Assembly: GCA_964549685.1 (NCBI GenBank)
Contig: CAZJVE010000008.1
Location: 1 to 54,879, forward strand
DNA: 54,879 nucleotides
Direction: 5' to 3'
Source of the DNA: an uncultured archaeon
GTDB lineage: Archaea; Altiarchaeota; Altiarchaeia; IMC4; QMZM01
A model generated the notes under the pieces. It worked only from the letters and a program-made list of their open reading frames with translations. It was not told where the DNA came from and ran no database searches. Below, piece after piece: positions 33,797 through 43,375 of this stretch (positions within the stretch are counted from its first letter, which is position 1; the number at the start of each line of letters is the position of its first letter). A program made the translations under genes and the position numbers.

Positions 33797-36673
33797 ATGA
33801 AATCTATGGACATAAAACGGATTGGTACATTAGCTGCCAGTACCGTTATGTTGGGAGCAGCCCTGACAGGTCCAGTGAGTGCAGGAATGGACTCCACTGG
33901 ATTGGACGGGAGCTTCTTCTATGACGCCGACTATAGCCCAGTTGCGCAGATAGTCGTCGGAGAAAAAGTAGGGAACGCCCTAGACTTTGTAGCGGCAGGA
34001 AACATTGCAGCTACAGTGGGTAACCTCGCTTACATGGAGTCGACCGAGGATGTAACCGGGGGAACGGCAGAGGGAGAAGTTATTATAAGCAGCTCTGCTA
34101 TAGGCGCTACCGGAGACTATGTACAGGACACACAGCTGTTGGAAACCCTTGAGGAGTTCTATGACAAGGACGATGGTTTCAACTTTGACAGCGGTGAAGT
34201 AACCTACGAGAGGGGAGACTTCACACAGTACAGCCTGGCCTGTGAGCAGCAGACTAGGACCGAGGCAGCCGTTTTGATGGAAGGCGAGTACAGCAACGTA
34301 CACTGCCTGTTCTGTCAGACACTCTGTCTGGAAGCTCTGGAGAACCCAAGCCACGAGATGAAAGAGAAAATTACTGTGGACTACGACAACATAGCCTACT
34401 ATGAGGACGGCCTCAACGACGATGACTCAGAGGACCTGAGGATGGCTATAACTGAGAAGGACTCCATAGTCTACACGATAGAAGCTGGCTTTATACCCAT
34501 GAAGAAGATTACCGAGGATGTCGGTGGCGGAGCGGAAGACTACATAGACTTCGAGTACAGGGGGAAGATGATTCTCTTTGGAGAGGAGTACTATGTTAGA
34601 GAGATTGACGGCTCTACCAAGATATACCTGTCTCAGGGCAAGGTTCTAGACGGCATAAGCAGCGAGGGATACACTGCTGAGTACAACGGGTACAAGTTTA
34701 AGATTGACCACCTGATATACTCTGCAGAGTACGAGGTTGCTGGAATTCTCCTGGACGTGGAGAAGCCAGACGGCACAGTAGTGCAGACACAGATATCCAA
34801 GATGGCAAACGGCCAGATTGATGACATGGAGATATCTGGAGTATACGCCGAGGAGGCAGATGCGCTTGCATCAGCATCCATAATCGTATACGACACAACC
34901 TCTGATGTACTGCTTGAAGACGGCGAGGACATCGAGCTTGGTGGAACAGTATGGGACGACTGGAGCGTCGAGTTTACCGTAGTTAGCGGTGATGGAGTCG
35001 ACGGTGCATGTGATGCCATGGACGGCGCTGACCCAGCTGGACCAGACTGTGACATATCCGAGTATGATGAGATGGATGAGGACCAGGATGATGCCTTGCT
35101 ACAGCAGATAACCGTGACATACGACCACAAGCTGGACGGAGCAGAGGCTCTTGAAGTTGATGAGTCTTTGGAGTTCCCAGGCGGCAGGTTCAAGCTGACC
35201 TTTAAGGGCTTCCTGACAAACGACTTCAGAGAGAGCAGCTGTGTCGGAGACGGCGAAGGCAACATCGTTGTTGAGAGAGGAGACGAGGACTACCAGATAG
35301 TTGTTTCCTTTACTGGCGATGACAACAACCGCTACGACGATGTCAGGCTGGACGAAGGACCGTTCGGAAAGGGGAATATGTTTGTTATAGACGGCACAGT
35401 ATACACCTACGACAAGTACAAAGCGATTGACAACACAGACGGAGACGACTCTGACGACCAGGTGAAGGTTACTCTGGACCCAGTGATAAGAGGAAACAGG
35501 CAGAAGATAACACTGGACAGGCTCTGTGACCCAGAAGACGAAGAGGGAACGGCAGCAGGCTGTGACTTCACAACAACGTTCTGCGACTGTGAAGACATCC
35601 CCGAAGAGATAACCGTAAGGACCCTTGCACTGACAGACGCAATGGACGACGACGACGACGAGGACATGGAGAACGACGATGAGATCGAGATAGGGACAGA
35701 AGACCTATTCTACAAGGAGAATGCAATAAACGGACTTCTGATGCTATACGATGGCTCAAAGTTGATAACCTTTGCAGACAACCTTACCGACCTAGCCATA
35801 ACGGTGAACGCGAACATGGTAGGGACTCTGGACGACTTCGACGTGGATGAGCACAAGCTGGACCTGTGGGTTGTAGAGGAAGGAGACAAGTACACGGACA
35901 TAAACTCTACGGGCACCCTGGCAGGAGCAGACGTAAACGCTGACGGAGACGACGACGACACCCTGATATACATACAGGATGACAACGGCGAGAGAGTGGT
36001 CATCGACCTCTGCGACAGAGACTACGATGAGGACGATACCTGGGACTACAACAACGCTGTTGGAATGTACGAGCAGGACTGCAACTGTACAGTCAATTGT
36101 GCAATCGACACCTGTGTGGTTGACGATGTAATCGTTCTTGAGGAAGACGCAGACACCATGTTGATAGCCCCTGACGGTGGAAACACCTACAGTCTAGACT
36201 GGGGTACGGACAACAGGATTGACTCGGTGGATATATGTCACCCAAGGGACGATGTCGACGCTACCGTGTTCCTAGGCACAGAGGAAGAAGAGACCCTGGC
36301 GGAGTATACCATAACCAAGGACGATGTGGGCACAGAGAAAGAAGCTGCCTGCTGCAGGTTTAAGGTAGAGGACTTCGCTGTGACAGGAACCGCCGGTGGA
36401 TCTGTGAGCACAGTTGTCGTGAACCCAGTAGGCAACCTTGTTGTATCTGAGTCTGCAGCTGACGGGACAAAGAACCTCGTCCTTGTTGGAGGCCCAGCTG
36501 TCAACGCAATGACGGAGGCAGCAGGAGTAACCTCAGCTGAGATAGATGCAGCAACAGACAAGTACGTTGTTAAGAAGGTAGACAACACACTTGTTGTTGC
36601 AGGATGGGAAGCAGACGACACCGTTGCAGGTGCGAACGCCTTAATCAGCTGGTTAAAGGCAAACGCCCACTAA
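33797..36673 (+). CDS. S-layer protein (Methanococcales/Thermococcales-type N- and C-terminal domains), possible hamus subunit homolog
   Basis: N-terminal MDIKRIGTLAASTVMLGA...QIVVGEK...D..AA.NIAA; C-terminal NLVLVGGPAVNAMT...LVVAG.EADDT..GA; very acidic; strong codon bias. Confidence 0.88.
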   Translation: MKSMDIKRIGTLAASTVMLGAALTGPVSAGMDSTGLDGSFFYDADYSPVAQIVVGEKVGNALDFVAAGNIAATVGNLAYMESTEDVTGGTAEGEVIISSSAIGATGDYVQDTQLLETLEEFYDKDDGFNFDSGEVTYERGDFTQYSLACEQQTRTEAAVLMEGEYSNVHCLFCQTLCLEALENPSHEMKEKITVDYDNIAYYEDGLNDDDSEDLRMAITEKDSIVYTIEAGFIPMKKITEDVGGGAEDYIDFEYRGKMILFGEEYYVREIDGSTKIYLSQGKVLDGISSEGYTAEYNGYKFKIDHLIYSAEYEVAGILLDVEKPDGTVVQTQISKMANGQIDDMEISGVYAEEADALASASIIVYDTTSDVLLEDGEDIELGGTVWDDWSVEFTVVSGDGVDGACDAMDGADPAGPDCDISEYDEMDEDQDDALLQQITVTYDHKLDGAEALEVDESLEFPGGRFKLTFKGFLTNDFRESSCVGDGEGNIVVERGDEDYQIVVSFTGDDNNRYDDVRLDEGPFGKGNMFVIDGTVYTYDKYKAIDNTDGDDSDDQVKVTLDPVIRGNRQKITLDRLCDPEDEEGTAAGCDFTTTFCDCEDIPEEITVRTLALTDAMDDDDDEDMENDDEIEIGTEDLFYKENAINGLLMLYDGSKLITFADNLTDLAITVNANMVGTLDDFDVDEHKLDLWVVEEGDKYTDINSTGTLAGADVNADGDDDDTLIYIQDDNGERVVIDLCDRDYDEDDTWDYNNAVGMYEQDCNCTVNCAIDTCVVDDVIVLEEDADTMLIAPDGGNTYSLDWGTDNRIDSVDICHPRDDVDATVFLGTEEEETLAEYTITKDDVGTEKEAACCRFKVEDFAVTGTAGGSVSTVVVNPVGNLVVSESAADGTKNLVLVGGPAVNAMTEAAGVTSAEIDAATDKYVVKKVDNTLVVAGWEADDTVAGANALISWLKANAH

Positions 36674-36690
36674 GCGAACGACTGCAAAAA

Positions 36691-36745
36691 GGGAATTAGC
36701 TCCCGCTAATTCCCGCCTTTATCTTTTTTTTATTTTTATTTATTC
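36691..36745 (+). terminator. Hairpin plus oligo-T terminator after the S-layer gene
   Basis: Perfect 10-bp stem gggaattagc-tccc-gctaattccc followed by a long T-rich tract. Confidence 0.8.
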
Positions 36746-36763
36746 TAGTTCTAATCTCTATCT

Positions 36764-36952
36764 ATGAACTCTGAAAATGCAATCATATCAATAGTCTTGG
36801 GCATATTCACATTCTATATGCTCTACTACATATCCAATCTTGGCCTTTCCCTGGGCACGGTGGGAGGAGTCGGCATAAACCTGATTCTCGGTCTCGTCTT
36901 CGGTTTTATAATCACCATCTTGGTTCTTAGGGCAACCTCTATGGAGGGATAG
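36764..36952 (+). CDS. Small two-TM membrane protein
   Basis: 62 aa with two hydrophobic helices; ends 1 bp before dph5. Confidence 0.6.
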   Translation: MNSENAIISIVLGIFTFYMLYYISNLGLSLGTVGGVGINLILGLVFGFIITILVLRATSMEG

Positions 36953-36953
36953 A

Positions 36954-37718
36954 ATGCTTTATCTGATAGGACTGGGCCTCTATGATGAAAAGGACCTCAG
37001 CCTGAGGGCGCTGGAAATCCTTAAGGAATGCGACGAAATCTATGTAGAGCTATACACCGGAGTTTTTAGAGGCGAGATTGAAAAGATTGAGGAATTAACC
37101 GGCAAGCCAGTGAGAATTCTCTCAAGGAAAGATTTAGAGGAGAATCCTGAGGATAATGTGCTAAGGAATTCAAGGAACATGCACATAGTCCTTTTGGTTC
37201 CCGGCGACCCCCTCGTTGCTACAACGCATATAGACCTAATCCTGAGGGCCAGAAAGCTCGGGATAGAGACAAAGGTAATCCATTCATCATCCATTTATTC
37301 GGCAATAGGAGAGACGGGCTTGCAACTCTATAAGTTCGGCAAGACAACGACTCTCGCGTTCCCTGAGAAGGGCTACTTCCCCACCTCTCCCTACGATGCC
37401 ATAAAGGAGAACCTTGCTAAAGGGCTGCATACCCTTGTTCTCCTGGACATCAAGGCAGAGGAAAAGAGATTCATGACGGTAAAGCGTGCCATAGAGTTGC
37501 TCCTGGACATAGAGCATAGCAAGAAGGAGGGGGCATTCACCCCCAACAGAACCTGCATCGGAGCAGCAAGACTCGGGGGAGATTCGGTAATCAAGGCGGG
37601 AACAGCGGAAGACCTCAGAAAGGAGGAATTCGGGGACCCCCCGCACATCCTAATCGTGCCAGGAAAGCTACACTTCGTGGAGGAAGAGGCCCTTGAGATG
37701 TACGGGCTGAAGGGCTAG
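36954..37718 (+). CDS. dph5: Diphthine synthase
   Basis: [58 protein letters not shown]. Confidence 0.96.
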   Translation: MLYLIGLGLYDEKDLSLRALEILKECDEIYVELYTGVFRGEIEKIEELTGKPVRILSRKDLEENPEDNVLRNSRNMHIVLLVPGDPLVATTHIDLILRARKLGIETKVIHSSSIYSAIGETGLQLYKFGKTTTLAFPEKGYFPTSPYDAIKENLAKGLHTLVLLDIKAEEKRFMTVKRAIELLLDIEHSKKEGAFTPNRTCIGAARLGGDSVIKAGTAEDLRKEEFGDPPHILIVPGKLHFVEEEALEMYGLKG

Positions 37719-38446
37719 ACGCCCTTGCGGATTCTTTCGATTAACTTGTTCAAATTCTCTTTATTATTAAAATTATTTATCAATTCAGAATTATTGGAAT
37801 CCTTCAATTCCCCCGCGAATTCTATCATCCTTGGAACCGCCCTCGTCACGTTGTCCACAATGCTGACGGTAGCCTTCTGCGAGGTCCTCGACAGGGGGTT
37901 GAGGTCTATCGCTATGACCTTCTTGCCCATTGCAACAAGGGCCTCAGCCCTGTCCCCGTCCTCCAGGGGCACGAGAACCACATCAGCAGCGAAGATTCCC
38001 TCTCTACCCACTCTCCCTCGCTCTGAATCCAGCCCCGGAATCTGCTCAGAGGCATTATCCCCAACGCCAAGAATTTCCCCGGCACCCGCCTCGCTTAGAG
38101 TTCCCTCAATTATTTTCTCCCTCTCAATTGTTCTATAAAAAAGATTAATCTCAATCTTTGAGTTGAGAATTTTACTCAATTCTACAATCTCCTTTGCAGC
38201 CAGAGCAACCGCATTTCCATTGACGGAGATTACCGGCTTCTCGGCCTGGAAGAGCATGGCAACCCCCACCCTCTCGGCAAGCTCCGCCTCCGGAACCGTC
38301 TTCTCCCCAAGGAGATAGTCAAAGGCTTCGCCCCTTCCGTGGGCTATAAGGCCCGCATCGGCAAGATAGCCCTGCTTCATGGCCTCAACGATTCTGTGCC
38401 TCTCATTCAGCGACCTTGAGCGCGGGTGGGATTCTGGAATTTCCAT
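37715..38446 (-). CDS. 4-phosphopantoate--beta-alanine ligase (phosphopantothenate synthetase)
   Basis: Start MEIPESHPR (38446); [48 protein letters not shown]. Confidence 0.95.
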   Translation of the reverse strand: MEIPESHPRSRSLNERHRIVEAMKQGYLADAGLIAHGRGEAFDYLLGEKTVPEAELAERVGVAMLFQAEKPVISVNGNAVALAAKEIVELSKILNSKIEINLFYRTIEREKIIEGTLSEAGAGEILGVGDNASEQIPGLDSERGRVGREGIFAADVVLVPLEDGDRAEALVAMGKKVIAIDLNPLSRTSQKATVSIVDNVTRAVPRMIEFAGELKDSNNSELINNFNNKENLNKLIERIRKGV

Positions 38447-38450
38447 CGTG

Positions 38451-38514
38451 ATTACAAAGTATATTTTGATATACTTTGTAATGCGACACAATTTCGCAAA
38501 GCGAAATTCTTGTC
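38451..38514. promoter_or_regulatory. Two adjacent inverted repeats in the PPS/5S divergent promoter
   Basis: attacaaagtatat-tttg-atatactttgtaat (perfect 14 bp, 38451-82) and aatttcgc-aaa-gcgaaatt (38490-508); TATA-like tatttaa at 38516-22. Confidence 0.6.
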
Positions 38515-38544
38515 ATATTTAACTGTGGAATCGACTATGATAAA

Positions 38545-38663
38545 TGGTCAACGGTCACAGCGGACGTGAAACACCCGTTCTCATCCCGAACACGGAAGTT
38601 AAGCCGTCCAGCGATCCGGGTGGTACTGCATAATATGTGGGAAGTCCGGGACGCTGTTGACCA
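38545..38663 (+). rRNA. rrf: 5S rRNA (stand-alone)
   Basis: Helix I tggtcaac/gttgacca; conserved cccgttctcatcccgaacacggaagttaagc; loop E gtac...ggaa; 119 nt. Confidence 0.96.
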
Positions 38664-38794
38664 CAACTGTCACGTCAGTTGACACCGAAACGAGGTTGTG
38701 GGGCCTCGCTCTGCTCGACCCCACATACCGCATTATAAGCGAGGGAGGTGTCGGAACCGTAGGTTCTGACGACGCAGTTGACCACAACTATCAC
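38664..38794 (+). ncRNA. Unidentified structured RNA in tandem with 5S rRNA
   Basis: Nested helices caactg/cagttg, gtcag/ctgac, ttgacacc/ggtgtcgg, aacc/ggtt, tgtgggg/ccccaca, cctcgct/agcgagg; the 5S 3'-end sequence is repeated 121 nt later; T-tract follows. Confidence 0.6.
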
Positions 38795-38803
38795 CTTTTT
38801 CTT

Positions 38804-39385
38804 CTACAAAGCACCAAACAGCGAGAGAATATAGAATATGGCGCTGATCACAACCCCTGCAAGCAGCATCTTGAAGCCGTTCTTAATGACGTTTTCCTTC
38901 GCTATTTTGCCCAGGAAAAATCCAAGCAGGAAGAGCAACAAAGCAACGATTAAGAAGGCCGTATAATATGCCAGAGTCATCTCCAGAACGTTGAAATAAG
39001 CCAGAACGAAGGGCACCATTATGGAACACGCTGCCATAAATGGGCTGAGTCCATTAACAAGAGCTACCAGAAAGGTAGTTCTCTGAGCGTCCCTATGACG
39101 CCTCGTACCATCCAACTCTCTTAGCAAATGCCTCTCCAGCTCGTTGAGGGATTTCTTAATCTCCGCAGCTTCCGCAACATATGCACTCCATACCCCGGAA
39201 ACCCCCAAAGCTATAGTCGCTCCGATACCCGGTAATATAATCAGCAGCGGATTCTGAATCCCTGCAACAAAATTTGCAAGAACTATGCCGAAGATTGTGA
39301 GAGCGCCGTCGAAGGAGTTTATTGTCACATATCTCCTTATTATCTCATTCTCCCTGAGAATGACAAGAAAATCACTCAAACCCAT
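38804..39385 (-). CDS. VIT1/CCC1-like membrane protein (TIGR00267-like)
   Basis: RRY...SFDGALT, ALGVSGVWSAYVAEAAE, LE.HLL..L. Confidence 0.85.
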   Translation of the reverse strand: MGLSDFLVILRENEIIRRYVTINSFDGALTIFGIVLANFVAGIQNPLLIILPGIGATIALGVSGVWSAYVAEAAEIKKSLNELERHLLRELDGTRRHRDAQRTTFLVALVNGLSPFMAACSIMVPFVLAYFNVLEMTLAYYTAFLIVALLLFLLGFFLGKIAKENVIKNGFKMLLAGVVISAIFYILSLFGAL

Positions 39386-39392
39386 CTTGAAT

Positions 39393-39686
39393 CTACTTTA
39401 CCTCGGGAAACTCTATAATCTCCTTCTTGCCTATCACAGCCTTGTCTATGCTGTGCACGACAGCACCGAAATCCTCGATAATCTTTTTGATACTCTCAAA
39501 ATCAAGGCTAGTCCCCTCCACCACAACCTTAATGGACTCCGTTTTCTCATCTATCGCATAGACTGAAATATTCACGGCCTTGACACTCTTCTCCTTCTCT
39601 ATGGCCTTCCCAAACTCGATTATATTGGGCTTGTGCGGTTTCAGAACGTCCAGATTGATAATCTTCACGGGTGCTTCTTCAGCCAT
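39393..39686 (-). CDS. DUF211 family protein
   Basis: LDVLKPH.P, IDEKTE, EG..LDFE.I..IE..GA.VHSID; usual partner of TIGR00267. Confidence 0.9.
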   Translation of the reverse strand: MAEEAPVKIINLDVLKPHKPNIIEFGKAIEKEKSVKAVNISVYAIDEKTESIKVVVEGTSLDFESIKKIIEDFGAVVHSIDKAVIGKKEIIEFPEVK

Positions 39687-39731
39687 TTCTACTCTTTATA
39701 TATTAGGTTCTAGAATTAAAATACCTGCGGA

Positions 39732-41375
39732 ATGAATCCATACAGAGCAATAATCAAAAAAATCCTTTCGGGGGAGATTAGCTCCCAGGAAGAGCTGGAC
39801 AGGGAAAAAAGGAGAATTTCCGTAGAATTAGGAAGAGCGGAATTCATTCGCAATTCCGATATTCTCAAGCATGCAAAGCCCGGCGAAAGGGATAAATTGC
39901 TGAACCTCCTGCAGAAGAAGCCGACCCGCACAATCTCCGGAGTTGCAGTGGTGGCAGCCATGACCCAGCCTTCAGAATGCCCCCACGGCCAGTGCAGATA
40001 CTGTCCAGGAGGGCCCGATATCCAGGTGCCGCAGAGCTATACCGGCAAGGAACCAGCCACGAGAAGAGCCATCCGCTATGACTTCGACCCCTATCTGCAG
40101 GTTACCTTTCGTCTTCTGCAGCTGAAGCAGATAGGCCACCCCATCAGCAAGGTAGAGCTGATAGTGATGGGTGGCACCCTTACTGCCCAGTGCCTCGACT
40201 ACCAGGAGTTCTTCGTCAAGGAGTGCATCAGAGCAATGAACGATTTCACAGGGAATGAGAAGATAATTCAAAAGGATGGAGAAGAAGATTTCATTAAAAA
40301 TTATAATAAAGGAAAGAAAGAATTCCATTATCTTGAGGAGATTCAAAAGCAAAACGAAAATTCACAAGTGCGGTGCGTCGGAATAACATTTGAACCGAGG
40401 CCGGACTGGGCCAAGCAGGAGCAGATAGAGTTCATGCTGAACTTTGGAGTTACTAGGGTCGAGATAGGCGTCCAGAACCCATCCGACTCAGTCTATGAAA
40501 AAGTAAATAGAGGCCACACGGTAAAGGACGTTACCGAGGCAACGCAGCAGCTGAAGGACTCAGGCCTCAAGGTGGCATATCACATAATGCCCGGAATCCT
40601 TGGCAATAATCCGGAGATTGATATGGAGGGCTTCAGGAAAATTTTCGATAATGAAAAATTCAAGCCGGACATGATGAAAATCTATCCGTGCCTCGTTCTC
40701 AAGGGCACGGAATACTATGACCTCTGGAAGAAGGGAGAGTTCGAGCCACTCAACCTGGAGCAGGCCATAGACCTCATCGTTAGGGTGAAGCAGATAATCC
40801 CTCCCTGGGTCAGAACAATGAGAATAATGCGGGACATCCCCTCCAACCTTGTGGATGCCGGCATAAAATCCAGCAACCTGGGAGAGATGGTCTATAAGAG
40901 AATGGAAGAGGATGGAATAAAGTGCTCCTGCATCCGCTGCCGAGAAGTTGGCAGGTTCCTTTCCAGGGGGATTCAGCCAGAGCCCGATAATATGGGGCTG
41001 GTGAGGAGAGACTACAAAGCAAGCGGCGGAAAAGAAATCTTCCTTTCCTTCGAGGACAAAAAACAGGACATACTCGTCGGATTTCTGAGGCTGAGAATTC
41101 CCTCCAAACCCTTCATGCCCGAGATTGATAGCAAAACATCTCTGATAAGGGAGCTCCATGTCTACGGCCCGATGGTCGAGATTGGAGAGAAGCCCAGCTA
41201 CGAGTGGCAGCACCGGGGCTATGGTTCCGAACTCCTGACAGAAGCAGAAAAAATTGCAGCCAAGGAATTCGGCATGAAGAGAATTCTCGTCACCTCAGGG
41301 ATAGGGGCAAGAGATTATTATAGAAAGTTCGGCTACCAGAGAGAGGGAGTCTACATGGAAAAGGAGTTAGAATAG
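39732..41375 (+). CDS. elp3: tRNA uridine(34) acetyltransferase Elp3 (radical SAM + GNAT)
   Basis: KPTRTISGVAVVA, CPHGQCRYCPGG, QSYTG.EP, RELHVYG, QHRGYG, SGIGARDYY. Confidence 0.97.
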   Translation: MNPYRAIIKKILSGEISSQEELDREKRRISVELGRAEFIRNSDILKHAKPGERDKLLNLLQKKPTRTISGVAVVAAMTQPSECPHGQCRYCPGGPDIQVPQSYTGKEPATRRAIRYDFDPYLQVTFRLLQLKQIGHPISKVELIVMGGTLTAQCLDYQEFFVKECIRAMNDFTGNEKIIQKDGEEDFIKNYNKGKKEFHYLEEIQKQNENSQVRCVGITFEPRPDWAKQEQIEFMLNFGVTRVEIGVQNPSDSVYEKVNRGHTVKDVTEATQQLKDSGLKVAYHIMPGILGNNPEIDMEGFRKIFDNEKFKPDMMKIYPCLVLKGTEYYDLWKKGEFEPLNLEQAIDLIVRVKQIIPPWVRTMRIMRDIPSNLVDAGIKSSNLGEMVYKRMEEDGIKCSCIRCREVGRFLSRGIQPEPDNMGLVRRDYKASGGKEIFLSFEDKKQDILVGFLRLRIPSKPFMPEIDSKTSLIRELHVYGPMVEIGEKPSYEWQHRGYGSELLTEAEKIAAKEFGMKRILVTSGIGARDYYRKFGYQREGVYMEKELE

Positions 41376-42827
41376 AATCTCCAGGACAGAATTAAATGCA
41401 CTGCTGAATAGGGGCAGCGTATTTACTAGCAGAAGAACTATCATGAGGGCCAGAACGCCCTTTACAAACCTCTTTGTCGTTAGCTCACTTACGTCGAAGG
41501 TGAGCATGACCTCCTTGAGCATCCTCCAGCCGTCGAATGGAGCCATGGGCAGGACATTTACGAGGGAGATATTGATGTTTATGAAGAAAACCCAGAACAG
41601 CGAAAGCAGGATGAAATTCATCAGCGGGTTGTATGGTGCCCATGAGATGCCCATAAAGGCAGACCCTGGGATATCTGGATTCTCCGTCACAGTCAGCGTG
41701 AATTCACCGCGGTCTGTTCCAAGGACTATCTCATCTCCCGGTTTGATTCTTTCCATTTTATCAGTGAATAAATTTGAATTCATTACTGAATCCCCATCTA
41801 TCTCATAGATGACAGTTCCTTGCTCCAGCACTCCATCAGCAGGATATCCCTCCATTGTAGAGACCACTGCTATGCCCTCCGAGCCAAGAGGGCCATAAGC
41901 CATGCTTACGCTGACAAACAGGAAAAGGAATGCAGAGACAACAGCAACAAGGAAGTTTGCAAACGAACCAGAGGCAAAGACGTGCATCTTCTCGATGCTG
42001 GGCCTCTTATCCATCTTCTTTTCATCGGGCTCTACAAATGCTCCTATTGGGATTATGCCAAGGGTGACTATCCCGGTCGATTTCAGCTTCAGCTTATAGA
42101 CCCTTGCGAGAATTCCATGAGCGAGCTCGTGGGAGACGACAGTAACGGCAAGTGCTATAAGCGCGTATACAATCGGAATAAAGAGCCCCGTTCCGTAGAA
42201 AATAAGGCCTACTTCCCCTCCCTGCTCCCCAGGAACTGCGGGGGCAATTCCTGCCTGGCTTGAGCCGAGGAACAGAATCTGATAGCCCTGAAGAACAAAG
42301 GCCCCTATAAGCAGGGGGATTATTCCAAAGACTCCCTCCAGGGCTGCAAGCCATAGAGGCAATTGCCATGAATAGCCAAAGAGGGATATAACCAGTGTAG
42401 GAATCCGCAGGAATATGGCTGAGATGAGAAGGCTGCCGAAGAGGAAATCCAGTTTCTGATTTGGATTCCTTTCCAGATAGACCGTGATTGTTACAAGGGC
42501 AGCGAACATTGCAACGGAAATCATTGCATTCTGGCCCAGACCAACAATTGCCAGAATTCCCAGCAGAATAAAGATAAGGTTCAGGCTCTTGCTGAGCTTT
42601 CTATAACGCGAGAGATAGGCAATCCCGACCCCGCTGAACGAGAAGACTATCGCACAATCAGCAAGGAACTTCCAGAGCCATGGAGCAGCGGAGGCAATCC
42701 TGTCTATAAGCCTGAGAAAGTATTTCGTCCTTATAAGGAAGACTATAAAGTACCTGTCGACCTTTTTCTTCCAGAGAAGATACGTTCCAACAAAGAAAGC
42801 AATCCAGAAGAATACCCAGAAACTCAT
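41367..42827 (-). CDS. Site-2 protease (M50) with PDZ domain
   Basis: VVSHELAHG, GAFVEPD, ASGSFAN, PDZ segment, NVLPMAPFDG. Confidence 0.93.
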   Translation of the reverse strand: MSFWVFFWIAFFVGTYLLWKKKVDRYFIVFLIRTKYFLRLIDRIASAAPWLWKFLADCAIVFSFSGVGIAYLSRYRKLSKSLNLIFILLGILAIVGLGQNAMISVAMFAALVTITVYLERNPNQKLDFLFGSLLISAIFLRIPTLVISLFGYSWQLPLWLAALEGVFGIIPLLIGAFVLQGYQILFLGSSQAGIAPAVPGEQGGEVGLIFYGTGLFIPIVYALIALAVTVVSHELAHGILARVYKLKLKSTGIVTLGIIPIGAFVEPDEKKMDKRPSIEKMHVFASGSFANFLVAVVSAFLFLFVSVSMAYGPLGSEGIAVVSTMEGYPADGVLEQGTVIYEIDGDSVMNSNLFTDKMERIKPGDEIVLGTDRGEFTLTVTENPDIPGSAFMGISWAPYNPLMNFILLSLFWVFFININISLVNVLPMAPFDGWRMLKEVMLTFDVSELTTKRFVKGVLALMIVLLLVNTLPLFSSAFNSVLEILF

Positions 42828-43330
42828 TCTTTCTTCCTCTTCTTCACAACAACCAAATCCCCCAGAGTTAATTCATCAGGGACTTTACTCTCCATAGCCC
42901 CCGACTCCTCGGAACCCGTTCTCTCCATCAGCTTTACCCCAAGAACGGACTGAATCTTCTTCGCTATCTTAGGGCTGGGCTCGAACCTGTTCGACTCTAT
43001 TCTATGCACTACGGAGGAGGGTTCATTAATCCTCTTTGCAAGCTCCTCCTGCTTCATGCCGAGTGATTCTCTCTTATTCTTTATCAGCTCAGGATATCCC
43101 TCAACGAGCTCCTCCTGGATATACAGAGTGAATTCTGGTCTTTCCTCAACCCTGGATCTTTCCCCTACATCAGCCCTCTTTTCCACAGCCCTGGGCTTCG
43201 GTTTGGGCGGCTCTGCCTCTGCCACAACCTCACCATACCTGCTGCACTCCTCGCACGCAACAACTATGGAACCCTCCAGCTTAATCCTCTTACCCTTTTC
43301 TATCCCCTTTTCGCAGATTTCGCACTGCAT
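42824..43330 (-). CDS. mbf1: Archaeal multiprotein bridging factor 1 (Zn ribbon + HTH)
   Basis: MQCEICE...ACEECSRYG, IKNKRE..G.KQEELA..INE..S...RIE, LTLGD. Confidence 0.93.
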   Translation of the reverse strand: MQCEICEKGIEKGKRIKLEGSIVVACEECSRYGEVVAEAEPPKPKPRAVEKRADVGERSRVEERPEFTLYIQEELVEGYPELIKNKRESLGMKQEELAKRINEPSSVVHRIESNRFEPSPKIAKKIQSVLGVKLMERTGSEESGAMESKVPDELTLGDLVVVKKRKKE

Positions 43331-43375
43331 TCTCCTATATTTTTGGATTCAGTTCTAATATCATATTCTACGGAA

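Noticed and set aside
38680-38780. Hammerhead ribozyme (cgaaac at 38686 and ctgacga at 38766)
   Set aside because: Stem II cannot close (C opposite C), and stem III lacks the required U-H (cctcgc, not cctcgtH).
38664-38794. SRP RNA, RNase P RNA, twister/HDV ribozyme, H/ACA RNA or a second intact 5S
   Set aside because: There is no SRP helix-8 motif, no GAGGAAAGUCC, no twister L4 or HDV P3/L3 geometry, no K-turn, and no 5S loop C ccgaac. The ACA is simply part of the repeated 5S trailer.
38650-38794. attL/attR of an element integrated at the 5S gene
   Set aside because: Only ~97 bp lie between the repeats, there is no integrase in the window, and the compensatory pairing points to RNA structure instead.
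38599-38953. ORF-track ORFs 38599-38787 (-) and 38657-38953 (+)
   Set aside because: They overlap the 5S rRNA, the structured RNA and the VIT1-like gene, and show no protein motifs.
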